Assembly: GCA_002633005.1 (NCBI GenBank)
Contig: NMRA01000099.1
Location: 425,468 to 489,467, forward strand
From: Phoronis australis
Taxonomy: Eukaryota; Animalia; Phoronida
Length of the DNA stretch: 64,000 nucleotides
Reading direction: 5' to 3'
Position 1 is the stretch's first letter. The number at the start of each line of letters is the position of its first letter. Made by a program: the position numbers and the translations under genes. The notes below the pieces were generated by a model. It did not search any database. It saw only the letters and a list, made by a program, of their open reading frames with translations, and had not been told where the DNA came from. This document shows, piece by piece, positions 26,884 through 38,774 of this stretch.

Positions 26884-26960
26884 GGAAGCAGAGTGGTCCA
26901 GTGGGATAAGTGTATGCTTCCTTGACTCAAGATTGTAGCTTTGAGTTCCACTGAGCCACC
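26884..26960 (+). mobile_element. tRNA-like SINE head (degenerate)
   Basis: A-box-like gtggtccagtgg and a degenerate B box (tttgagttcc) at tRNA-like spacing. Confidence 0.4.
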
Positions 26961-29900
26961 TGGTAAGATCGTTGAGTCTGTCTAAGACCTCAGCTCAGTT
27001 CTAACTACGGTATAAAGCCTAAAAATGGCTCCAGGTGATCAATACAATGGGACAACCTGAGTAGTCTATGCATGTCTTGTACGTATACATCAGACTGCCT
27101 GCAATTATTTTTTTATGGGAATGGGGCCCGATATCCAGCCCAAAATAAAAAATAGAGGGCCCTGTGAGGTTTTCAGACAACTGCACACTGCATGCAAAGT
27201 TTACAACAATAAAATTTTCCAAACATTTATTTTTGTTGCAAAATTTGGCAAAATACTCAGTGCTAAATAGGTGACAAATTAATTTAAATGTATATGTAGT
27301 GCGTATTATAATTATTTATGTTATGAACTATTCTGATCACCACTAGTTTGCTGGTTCAACAACCCAGACCCAATGTGATGAAATGAGTTGGTAATGAACA
27401 AGTTCAGAGTTTTACCTCCAAAGCAACTAACAAGTACATTTGATAGACCACAGGATAAAGCATCAGATGTTTCCACTAAAGGTTAAGATGAGGGCATTAG
27501 AAACTAAAACTACCGCATCACCAGTGGAATTTTAAAAACAATACCAAAACGGACCCTATAAGAATTCCAAATTTAACTAATTTCCAAACATCTAATCTCA
27601 GAATTGGCTCATCAAATTCATATGAAACTTTCAGGTACTACTGAAATTTCTTGAATCTGGGGCAAGAATAACGCATAAAATTGCCATTTTCAACTTTTCA
27701 ACTGTTCACTATTTTGCTACAAAGTCTTCTGAACCTAGCTAACCAAAGACTAAAACATTCATAGTTGTTTTCGATAAACGAAAAAATAATTTAGAAAGCA
27801 GCAACAGTAGTTTTGAGATTTTATGTTATTATTTTAATATGAAGCTTTCTTTTGGAAAATTTTATTAACAAGGCATGGTCAAGTGACCCAGTTAATGACG
27901 GATTTGTACAAAGCCAACAATCAAACTCTAAAGGCTTTCTACTTTCAGGAAATATAAACTTTTACCGAGTTAAAATCTACATTTATTTTGTGTAGATATT
28001 TGACTAAATACATTGACTTGTGGATAAGCTCCTAAATAACCTCAAGCCTAAAGTGCATGCCATATATTCAGCCACAAAACAGATTAAAGAGTGACGTTTT
28101 CAGAAAAAGTATTGATTTTCTACGGAATTGAACCAAGAGTTCTAAACGTAAAGGCAAACTAACGTGGGCTTCACCATTAGCTGACAAGATATCCTTGCAC
28201 ATCGCCAATAAATAAATTAGTACGGTAGTTCAAGTAGTAAAGTGCATGACACTAATGTTGGTTAAAACAACCTTGATAACTGGATTTCACAAATGACGTC
28301 AATAACCTTCCACTTTAACGATGATTTGTGTAGAAGGCGGTCTTTACAACATGGGACCAGCAATTGTCAGGGAACATTCACCAGTTATTGGGACATTCCA
28401 TAATGAGGAAAGACAGCTACCAGGAGGAATTAATAGAAATATTGCTATGACAACGAACTCCATACCTAACTTACCAGTATTTTATTCCAGTTTAAAACTG
28501 AGTTTTGATCTTCACTTTGATGTGGTATACATGCCCTACAGTTTTGAATTCTTGATGAACAAATTGCACGCTTCCAATAGCCCTTGAAATGATCAATGAC
28601 AAGAAAACAAATTCAGAAAAATCTCACAAGAAACAGCAGAGCTATGGTTCCACTTACAAAAAAGGGGAAAATGGCCACTACAGTGCCATCTTGCGGCTGA
28701 TTCCAACAAAAAACAATAGCTTTTGAACCATTCACAATACACCTGTTGTGTACATTCCACCCTGATCGGATAAGAAATGTGACTTGTAACAAAGAAATGA
28801 ACAACAAACAATTTTTATGAAAAATCATTTAAGACTTGGAGAAATTCCGTTTTATCAAGTAAAGAGTAGCGAGGAATAAGTCAATCAAAGAACAGTCAGA
28901 TTCTCACCAGATCAGAGTGAGACACCAATGACATTATGCAGATATTGCTTAGTGAGATCTATACACACACGAAATTACAGAAAGATCCGTTAAGGGACGC
29001 TGGATATATGGCATGAGAAATCGATCAAAGAAAGCGAAGTTATCGCATAATCCTGAGTAACTGGTAAGTTGTAGCAAGTTGTAGCAAAAACAGATGACCT
29101 GCTGCAGATAGCCCTTGACGATATTTGTCAACAGTACACACCAGGTTGCAAAAAAGCGAAAATTCAAAAAATGAATGTCCTTGTGTCACAGTGTCTTCTT
29201 TGGTCTGATTTCACCCAAGAACAATATGCCTTGAGATTTTAATGAGATACATGATGTAAATTTCACATCAATAACACCAATAATGCGACCTGTAATATGC
29301 ATGCAAAAAAAGAAAAAAATCACAGCAAAACAAGACACTAGCAACTGGAGAAATTTCATTTTATACCCAGTAGTAAAACGCCCACATACTAAACTAATAT
29401 GGAAAGCTGTACACTGGTGTCACCTGTGACCACAACGCTTGAGGAAGAGCAGAGGCCAATCAAGTCACTTGAGGAAATAAAACAGATATGGGAAATGAAG
29501 CGGTTTTAGTTGCCTTTTCTACATCAACTGTTGATCAATAAGCTGTTGAGAATTTGTTCGAGAAAATTTTTAAGCCAATTCGAGATACCATACATTTGCA
29601 ATAGTAAGCCCCAAGATGTACTTTTTAAGTTTCGGTGAGTACCCAACTTCACTTTTAAATCCTACTATTTTCAGCGAAGTTTCGCTTGCAGATTATCTAC
29701 CAGAGTGAACCTTTGTCGCTTACCAAAACTTCAGTAAAAGCAAAGTTTCGCCTCTAACCGGAACGCAACTAAAGAAACAATGGTCCATAAATGGAAAATG
29801 TGCAAGTCATATCAACATGGACTGGGAATCAAAATGTGCAGTTAAGATTGAAGTGACAATAAGTTTGCCTTGTAGGATAAGCTAAAAACACGCAAAAATA

Positions 29901-31118
29901 AACCATACTCTGTTTTCCGCCTTGTTTTTCAGAATGTCTTACTAAAACAGGTTTGAGGTGGTGACGAGGCATTGTAAGATCATTTCTGTTTTCAGGTTCA
30001 ACACTCGCTGACACTCCTGATATTTGGAAACCCATCAAACTAAAAATTCTAAAAGTGGTTATGAAATGGGACCGTGGAAATTTTCTGAATAGGCCATGAA
30101 TAGCCCACAGGTCTACATTTGGGGTAACTTTTTGCAGACAATCCTGGTATGTGCGCACATCAAAATTAGTTTTGTAGACATTTCTCCTAATCCCTTGAGC
30201 TAACTCCCAGAAAGTTGTCTGTAAACAACCTTCTAGGAGTTACATTAAAAATAAAATACCGTGTAGCAAGTGCCCAACAATGTTTAAAATACATATGTAA
30301 TGTGTAATTTTCATCTATTAAAGGCTCTGTAAGCTATTATTTCTGTTCGATTTCCTTCTAGTTTCCTAATACACAAGTTCTTCGACACTTGTCAACCTTT
30401 TTGAAACAAATGAAATTCCACCCTCATTCAGGTCATCAAAACTGGATAAATAACACAAATGCCTTTATGAGTTCAGTCATGCAGGTATTCTCCAGTGGCC
30501 CCTTTCAGTTTTCAATGACAGACTGCAGTACTGCAAAACTGCCAGTAAATAATCAAATGTTTACTTCATGTTGACTGATGGTAGCAATGGGAAATACCTA
30601 CTTGTTAATAGTGAAATGAGATTTCAATGAACTGATGAGAAAATTTTGTACAGTTTGATAAAATGCTAGTGCCACAAAGCAACATACTAAATGAATCTTC
30701 TGCCTTGTTTAGAAATGGAGTAAATAGCATACATCACAAAACATAGTATACATTAACAAAATCTAACCTGTTTAGGACACCACACGGTGGACAGATGAAA
30801 TTTCTCTTTTTCTTCATATAATGATATACAATACCAGAACGATATTCAAGTTGTGTACCATAGCTACCAACAGAAAGTATTTTGAAAAATTGTGGGCATT
30901 CACAACTAATGTGAGAAGCCCTTGAAAAATGAAAATGTGCAATTTTGGCAATTAATTTTGTCTGAAATTGGTGACTTTTTACCATGGATCATGTTCACCG
31001 ATAAATATGTTAATTATGTTATAGGCATCACCGTAGCAGAAAACAAAGCTACTGATATTTAGAATCTATTTAAAGATGACAAGTTTTAAGGCAACTGATG
31101 CTTGTGACGCACACAAAA

Positions 31119-31163
31119 ACACACGCACACGCACACGCACACGCACACACACACACACACACA
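31119..31163. repeat. (CACACG)n/(CA)n microsatellite
   Basis: Read directly. Confidence 0.95.
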
Positions 31164-34100
31164 TGAAAGATAAAAAAATGGAGCATGAGGTGTCATGAGT
31201 ACACCCACTGGCAGTAACCATAGTATTCACTGAATTAGGAGGTCTCTATATTAAACTGCGCCACATAGGGGCAGTTTCCATGGAAATGATAAAAACTATA
31301 AAAGGTGTTCAGACTGATATAAATTTGCTTATTTCTCCAAGCTGACCACACAAGACTATGCACGCATTTACAACGAAGAAACACACAAAATGAATTCCCA
31401 AACAAATACGATATAGTACAAAGAACAGTCAGTAAACTGGTGAATGTAGTTAAAAATGTGGCAACTGATCTGACACTAGAGGCTTCCAGAGGACAAGAAA
31501 GAAGGCAATAACACTTTTGTTAATGCCTCTTGTCTAATTACATCCAGTGAAAAAGGTTCTTTCTTCCAGAAAGCCTCCCGATGAGAGAACTGAGACCCTT
31601 AGAGTATTATTGTTGACCACCACTGAACACCAATCAAACTAATCACTTTCTCTATTAGTCAATGAATGGTTGATCCAGAGAGGGTCAATGACCTCTAGAA
31701 AAACCTGCACTGCCTCTTGTTACCTCAGGGTTTTTTAATTAATTACGCTAAACAAATGTACAAAAAACAACTTGACAATTTTCAGTAGTACAGTGTTACA
31801 TATTTATAACCACTTAATAACCAGGACTGTACCGAACACCTTGGGCATTTTGGTAAGCCTCAACTTATCCCCAAGAAGTGTTTTATAACTGCGCATGTAC
31901 GAACTTCTATCAGTTAAAGCAAGTTACGGGTCTCTCAAAATGAAGAATGCCATTGAATGTCTCGGGATACCCCAGTGATATCTGGCTCAAAGAAAAGCAA
32001 TTAGAAGGCAGAGCATTGACCATCCCGTATGGTTTTCAAGACCTACTAGGCTGAAGCCATGGTTTTTGAATGTCTCTTGACCAAATTCTTTTGTTGCTGT
32101 GACTGAAGTTTGCACATGCATAGATGTGACGGATAACATAAGGCTAAAAAATATTTGATGTGTTCCGGATGATGCAATATATTAACAAAATGATTGAAGG
32201 CGAAAAACTATGATTAAAGTTATTAACCAATACCCTGATCACACCAAAGCAGTTAAAACTTTTAAAACCGATTTAAAGGTTTCAACTCCAGTTCTGAAAG
32301 CTTTAAAACCACTTTTAAAAGTTGTAACTGTAGTGCGGTTATAACCCTCTGCAAAGGTAATTTAGCAAGACGTTATATTGAACACTGCAACTCGGAGTGA
32401 TCACAGCAGTTGCAGAAGTTATAACTCAGTAGGTGGCGCTGCTATCAAATCTTGTTGGAAACAATGGCGTACCAAGGCACTAACTGGGCGGAATAGGGAA
32501 GTGACAACAATGACTACTAGTGAATGTAACCACGAACTAGGGTTACAAGAGTTTTTAACTGTAGGTGTGAATCCTAACGACTGAACAAAAGTCAGAACTA
32601 CAGAGTTATCGGGAATTTCCGAATATAGGCCCATAGGCGGATAGTAAGGAAACAGCCTTTCAGAAATGTCAAATTAAACTCAATATACACCCGGGCTAAT
32701 TTTTGGAAAATGTGTCAAACATTTTGTGATGCAGTTTTTGTAAAACAAACAATACTTGTGAAGTTTAAAGAATACGTTCTTTTTAATGTATCTAGGTCTA
32801 TCTCACAAGTAAGAATTTTACTCATCCATACGCACTTGGCATTTGAGCAAAGACATTGCGTTAAAACTGCCGTACTATGCTAACAGAACAAACCAAAGGA
32901 TTTTCAAAACACGTGAGCAATTACCGACAATAGGTCTATGGGCCTATGGGCATACTTTTAGGAGGGCCTATTTTCGGAAATTCCCAGTACAACCAGGTTT
33001 AGTTGGTCTGAACACACCTCATGTGGCTATTGACTACACTCTTATAGAAAGTTCATCATGGTCTACATCAGTCTAGAACGTACTATCTGCGCTAATAATA
33101 GTGCCCACACAGGCTCCCAGCATAAATGATAGAAGATTATCTCTGACCTACAGCAAAACTGTGAGTAATAACAAATACCACAAGCTCCATAACCACACAT
33201 CATCTAACACTATTACAACAGTTGCATCTACGCCTTTCTGTGACAAACCGTATCGTGAATTCTTAAATAGAAAAACCTTGGAAGGTCTGTCTCGACACGG
33301 TTCAAAGAAAAGAAAACTCAAGATATGTTAACGTATTTGAATTTAGCAACGCATAGCTTGAATTTTTAATATGCCAGGTCACCGTGCTTGCAATGGCCAG
33401 GACAGTGTCACAGTCTGGTAAACACATTTAATTTCAGGAAGTTAACTGCTGGTAGTTATACCAGACGTGACTTCATTATGAGTTAGTATGTTATTGTTTT
33501 TCAAGCAATCTAGTCAACGATCAACTATCATATTACATAAAGTGGTTGTAAGCCCATCTCCTCCCTCACCCATGTTCTAAACTTTTGATTTTGACCATTT
33601 ACTCTATAACATAGGTCTCAACTTGTTCCTAACTCAAATTAGAAGCAGTTTTTGGTCTTGTTAAGAACCATTACCGCTCAATACCATCTCAGCAATTTAA
33701 TGACACATGGTGATTTGCATAATTGTATACGGTAACCATGACAATAATCCACTGTCACTTCTTTCCAAGCCTAGACCACACCAATTTCGACTAAAGAACA
33801 CTTTTGTGACGAAAGTTGGGTTCATAGCGCTTTACTATACAAAGCTGGGTTACAATCAGTGTATTGGGAGAAATTCAGTGATTGAAGTGCTACTAAACGC
33901 CTGGTTCTCTTGCAATGGAATTTGCACTCTGTTGAAAGATTAGCTCATAATCGGTAAGAAACGACGTTGTTTCCATTTTCTCATCCGCGATGATCTTAGG
34001 AATACTTTTGACGTTGGGAAAAAGCTGCAATTTATACGGAATAATACATTTTCGCCGTAAGTTGAGGATTTTAAGGTTATCTTCAAAAGTTCTTTAGTTT

Positions 34101-35056
34101 TTGTGATCCACAAATTGTACCCGTAAACACAGCAGTGATTTGTTTCATGATTGAATGTTTCGGAATTGTTATTCAGGCTAGGGTATATGAAAAGGCGAAT
34201 ATAATCACTACTGTCAGATTTTGTTGCCTGGTCAAGCACCAATTAGGAAAGACTGTATGTGTTAGTGGCCATCTTACATGGGTTTCAATTGCTATGTTGT
34301 CCTTCGTCTTATTTTACTGTTACGTAGGATTGTGCTTTCCAGAAGTTCCAATTACTGATGATTCATTGTAATCTTGACAAGTATTACTCTGTAGACAACA
34401 CTGACTTCGGGTTCACACTTTACTTAAGTCAAGTTTCGTGACCTTTGACCTAACTATACGTTCTTATGATTGGTTAAGGTGAGCATGTGCCATGGTGCTA
34501 AGCGCTACCTAGCGGATAAAGGGTGTTACAAATTTCTGGCGATGTACACCAAGAGAACAGCAATTAAACGCAAAAGGTATAGATAGGAAAGCTGGACTGA
34601 AATTTACATCTAAAATGACCATATTTCTCTTCTTTATTAGTGAATAAGCTGGTCCCATGCACCCTGGCCAACATGGGAACCAAAAATTAACAGGTAAAAT
34701 TTTAGCAGGAGAAACTTGTATGCACTCCCAACCAAGGGCATTCGGCAATGACTTTAATCATTGCTTAAAAACACAGTCATGATTCACACAATGTTACAAC
34801 TACACAAGTCACTGAAGTTGAAGCTCCATGTAAACAGTTTGATCATCTCTCCATCTCTGAACTAGGCCAGTCCAAAGCTGATAAGAATTAAGTATAGCAA
34901 TGGCTGCATTTGGCTAACTTCGCCAGTTCTACCAGGTCAACGGGTTAAGCCATCTGATTGACTCTCAGTGACAACTTCTGATTTACAGACCAATCAGATG
35001 CCTAAGTTAGTCAGTTCACACGGCGGTACCAGCAAAGTCAATCGGATGCAACCATT

Positions 35057-35279
35057 CAGAGCCCTTCGTGCCTCGGTTTTGGGGCAGAATATTGGTTCCA
35101 TTCCCATTTGAAAAATATTCTAAAATCACATGAAATTCCCCTCATCAAACTCAAAAATTCTCCTCCAATTATTACCTCCCCCGCCAGTTAAGAAACACTT
35201 GTAACTCACACAGTCCCGTGACCTCAAATTAGTGGGGGAACCGGGCAAGGGGGTTCCCCTTCACCAGAAAAAAGCCCTG
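35057..35279. mobile_element. Dispersed CAG-ended MITE-like repeat; inverted homologue near 50640-50768
   Basis: aatcacatgaaattcccc and its flanks match the reverse complement of ggggaatttcgcgtgatt (about 50684-50701). Confidence 0.6.
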
Positions 35280-35394
35280 TGAGAAGGCACAAGCACACAG
35301 GCACCTTTCCCCTCAGGTGAGCGAAGGTCCCGCTAATGATTAAAGAGAACACCAAACACAATTGTATGACCTCACAATGGTAAACACTGTCATA

Positions 35395-35745
35395 GACGTG
35401 CTTCCAGTGAATCATATGAGGTCACTGGTTCAATTCCCAGGTTGGGTGGTCTCGGCAATCACTACAATGCTGTAAACTCAGTCACGACTTGAGTTTGAAG
35501 TAACTTGTGTGTGTATCTCTGACCACAAAACAGCTGAACCAACACTAGCAGACCTGTAGCTAGCTCAACTGGCCGCAGTAGGGAAGGTAGTCATCCCATA
35601 GGCCCTCCAAACCCCAGAAGCTTTTCAGCGAATTATGCCTCGTGCTGATGGCCATCAATGTCATGTTGCTGTAAATACCTTTTACGCATAGAGGGCCACA
35701 TTAAGAAGCCCTTGATCTGTTTAACTCAAACAACTACTCTCGCAG
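35395..35745 (+). mobile_element. SINE-like repeat; homologue at 63809-63965
   Basis: B-box-like ggttcaattccc near 35427. The body (ataggc..aagcttttc.gcgaatt.tgcctcg..taaataccttt..gcatagagg) is shared with the copy at the window end. Confidence 0.6.
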
Positions 35746-36338
35746 TCCTTCATTCATAGTTCAGTTGCCCAAATCGGCAACTGGCCACTTTTACACTGCT
35801 CGCGCCAGGGTATATGGTCATTGTGGGAGTAGTTCTAGCTGGGAAGAGTTAGACATTAACAGCCAACTTAAAGGTATCCCTTTATGGCAATGCTCAAAAT
35901 GTACTTGTAGCGACATGACTGACTTTGATGGTTGAATCAGTATTATAGGCATAATTTGCCGAAAAGCTCACAGCGTACAGAGGGCAGGCTATGGGATGGC
36001 TACCGTCTGGGCCTGAGGCACACTGTCTGGTTTTCCAGAGGTAAAAAACACACTTTCACGCAGTATGCATACGCGGGAGTAGTTCGCAGTCAGGCATGAA
36101 GCAATTTTACTTAAGTGTAGACTTGACTGAATACTAAGTTAACTCGGTCTGGTGGCTTGCTTGGTCTATGACAAGATGTGCTTTGCCAGGTTTGGCACTG
36201 GTCAGATATATAACGGTCCCCGATCTAGAGAACTAGGCAGTCACTAAATAATGGGCCCGTTACCGAAACTTCTTCTCAGAGAACGCTATATCCGACCAGT
36301 GGCAGTGCCGCCTGGTTTTGCCTAGTTCGTTAACTCAC

Positions 36339-36382
36339 CTCTTTCTTGACTAGTTTGAGAAGACTTTGTTTCGTTTCATTGT
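36339..36382 (-). CDS. SGSM1: SGSM1/2-like gene, exon 2 (DNETKQSLLKLVKKE)
   Basis: tttttcag|AC...AAAGAG|gtgagt; 44 nt. Resembles the SGSM N-terminus (…RQRLLRTVKKE) as recalled. Confidence 0.9.
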
Positions 36383-36477
36383 CTGAAAAAAGAGATTCAA
36401 AACATTAGTGCCATGTAAACCATCCCATACAGGCTAAAATCACAGTGAACACCGAGTAAAAACGCCGGTATACATAC

Positions 36478-36493
36478 CATTTTCCAAGGCCAT
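36478..36493 (-). CDS. SGSM1: SGSM1/2-like gene, coding exon 1 (MALEN + first base of Asp)
   Basis: Minus strand reads cgaccATGGCCTTGGAAAATG|gtatgt: good Kozak context and a canonical donor. Phase 1 joins exon 2 in frame across a 95-nt intron. Short, so supported mainly by frame and context. Confidence 0.72.
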
Positions 36494-37400
36494 GGTCGTG
36501 CGTAGGTGACCTTACGGAACCCTTTGAGATGAATGAACGCAAATCAAAAAAGTTGCCGCATTTGGCTAGCACACGTTGAAGCGAAAAAGAGGACTAAACA
36601 GAAAAGACATAGCGGAAACTCCAGCAACCTTGGCGGCAGCTGAGGGAGGCGCATGAGACCATTTCAATGAAGCGCCTGCGATCGATTCCGTTAATTATCT
36701 TATTATGCATTCGTCACTGAAAACATGCCGCACCAAACAACAAAATAAAGATCGATATTTATGAATGCACGACCTCTATTGAGAGGAATTGCACCTAGGG
36801 ATTCACTTCATTGTCGGCACATTGCTTGAGACTAAACCAGTTTCGCAAAACTTCGCGACCTATTGCCGTGTATTTTTAATGAGAGCACGTGGTTTTGGAT
36901 AGAGTTTCTCGGTGCAAGACAGCTACTGAACCCTACCCTGGTTTGAGTGGCACCAGAACGGTTTGAAAGTATTTCCTAGAGTAAACGCTAACAGTTTTGG
37001 GCGTAAAACTCACTACTTCAGAAACTGTACACATTAAATGCGGGCGTTACTAACGAAAGTGCCATCGGAAACGCTGGCGCGGCATTCTGCTACGAGGCTG
37101 GTGGCAAAGATTTTACTGGTGGATACGTAAAAAATCCAAAGACGACAGAAGATGAGAGATACGTGCACCGACAGAGGCAAAATGCACCTTCTGTAACAGC
37201 GTTTTTGATATCTAACAGTGAACATTCATGTTAATGATACCGTTGTTTTGCTATCAATGTATACTTCTAAAATTAGGGAATGTTTTTTGCAAAGATATTT
37301 TTGAAAGCTGTAATCAGAGGTCTGACGGACATAATTTTACACGATAAACTGCCTCCAAGATGGCTGACGATATGACTGATGGTGGCCCTCTAGCATTGGC
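36494..37400 (-). promoter_or_regulatory. Putative 5'UTR/promoter region of the SGSM-like gene
   Basis: Lies directly upstream of the ATG and is visibly CpG-richer than the introns; YY1-like CAAGATGGC near 37356. TSS not determinable from sequence. Confidence 0.5.
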
Positions 37401-38185
37401 AAATGCATTTGATATCACAATATTATGGTGGCATTGAAAACAACAACCTCATTAACATATGTGACATGAATGAAGAGCACAATACAATCAAACATAAAAA
37501 ATCACTGTATTATGATATCAGTGGTTTGGTTGAACTAGAAAAAAACTAATTTGAACATTTTAGTATAAATATCCATTCCCTAAACTTTAGATTCTCAGAA
37601 TTACAAAGTATCATGCGGCATTTAGAAGACAATTCGTGTCACTATGATGTATTATGTTTGCAAGAAATATAGTTGAACAATGATGACAATTACAACTTAT
37701 ATAACATGCACAATTATAAATTATATAGCAAATCACTTGAGCCATTTTGCAGTTCGCATGGTGGTCTTATTACATGCGTTCGAGAAAATACCAAGGTTAC
37801 AGACATAATTCAACATAAATTAACATACGAAGGTCTATTGATCAAGATCAAAACCGAAAAAATTGTAAATATTTACCGACCACCTCAATCACCTATCGGG
37901 ACTTTTGAAAATTTCATGCTTGATTTTATTCCAACTATGGTATCTAAACAACATAACTGTAGCAAGTTTATAGTAGCTGGTGTCTTTAATGATTAACTTG
38001 TTGACCATTATAGGCAATCGAAATAATTTCATCCCTTTCGATCATATGTTAATAAGATTTCCAACACAATTCCTCCAAAGTTCACGTCCTTTAATAGACA
38101 ACATTGTTACCAAAGTCTCTGCTTTGGCTCAGTCTTCAAACAGTGGCATATTATTTAGCAAGCTTTCCTATCATTGCCCCACATT

Positions 38186-38588
38186 GATCAAGTTTGAATC
38201 TAATACTGGAATAAAAACTCATGGAGAGCTTCCTTTACACCACTTCTGAACCAGTCTTCCTCAAAGTCTAGGATAGTGACATGTCACTATCCTAGACTTT
38301 GAGGAAGACTGGTTCAGAAGGGGTGCAAAGGAAGCTCTCCATGAGCGCATTGAGAGTCCCTCTTTAAATAAAAGAGGCGGCTTAAGATTCGATTTGTCAC
38401 AGGTATGGTATTTTGACGTCAATGCCGCGCCGTCTGGTCAAAACGCCACCAATTGGCCAGAATTACAAGCCAAGCTGAAGTCCGTGAGATGCAGACGCAA
38501 CGTCGCTAATTTTTTGTAAGTTTTTATTCCAGTATTAGAGTCAAACTTGATTTGTTTTCTTAACTGAATGTCTCAAAATTTTCATGCT
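38186..38588. mobile_element. Penelope-like 3' end (pseudo-LTR) with an inverted partial copy
   Basis: From 38280 the plus strand reads HVTILDFEEDWFRRGAKEALHERIESPSLNKRGGLRFDLSQVW, typical of the Penelope GIY-YIG C-terminus. Flanked by a 15-bp imperfect direct repeat (38171-38185 and 38589-38603). Confidence 0.85.
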
Positions 38589-38774
38589 TTATTGCCCTAC
38601 ATTCATATCTCTCAGTTTACAAAAGGCGATGCCAAAAAAAATTAGGAAACTAGCACTAGTACTTGCACCCCTCAGTCCGAGGTAAATTTTAGAAATGACT
38701 GACATTCCATAAAATTCGACCATCTTTTAAACTCTGATCCTTCTTGTGAAACCAACCACAATTATTATGTTTTA

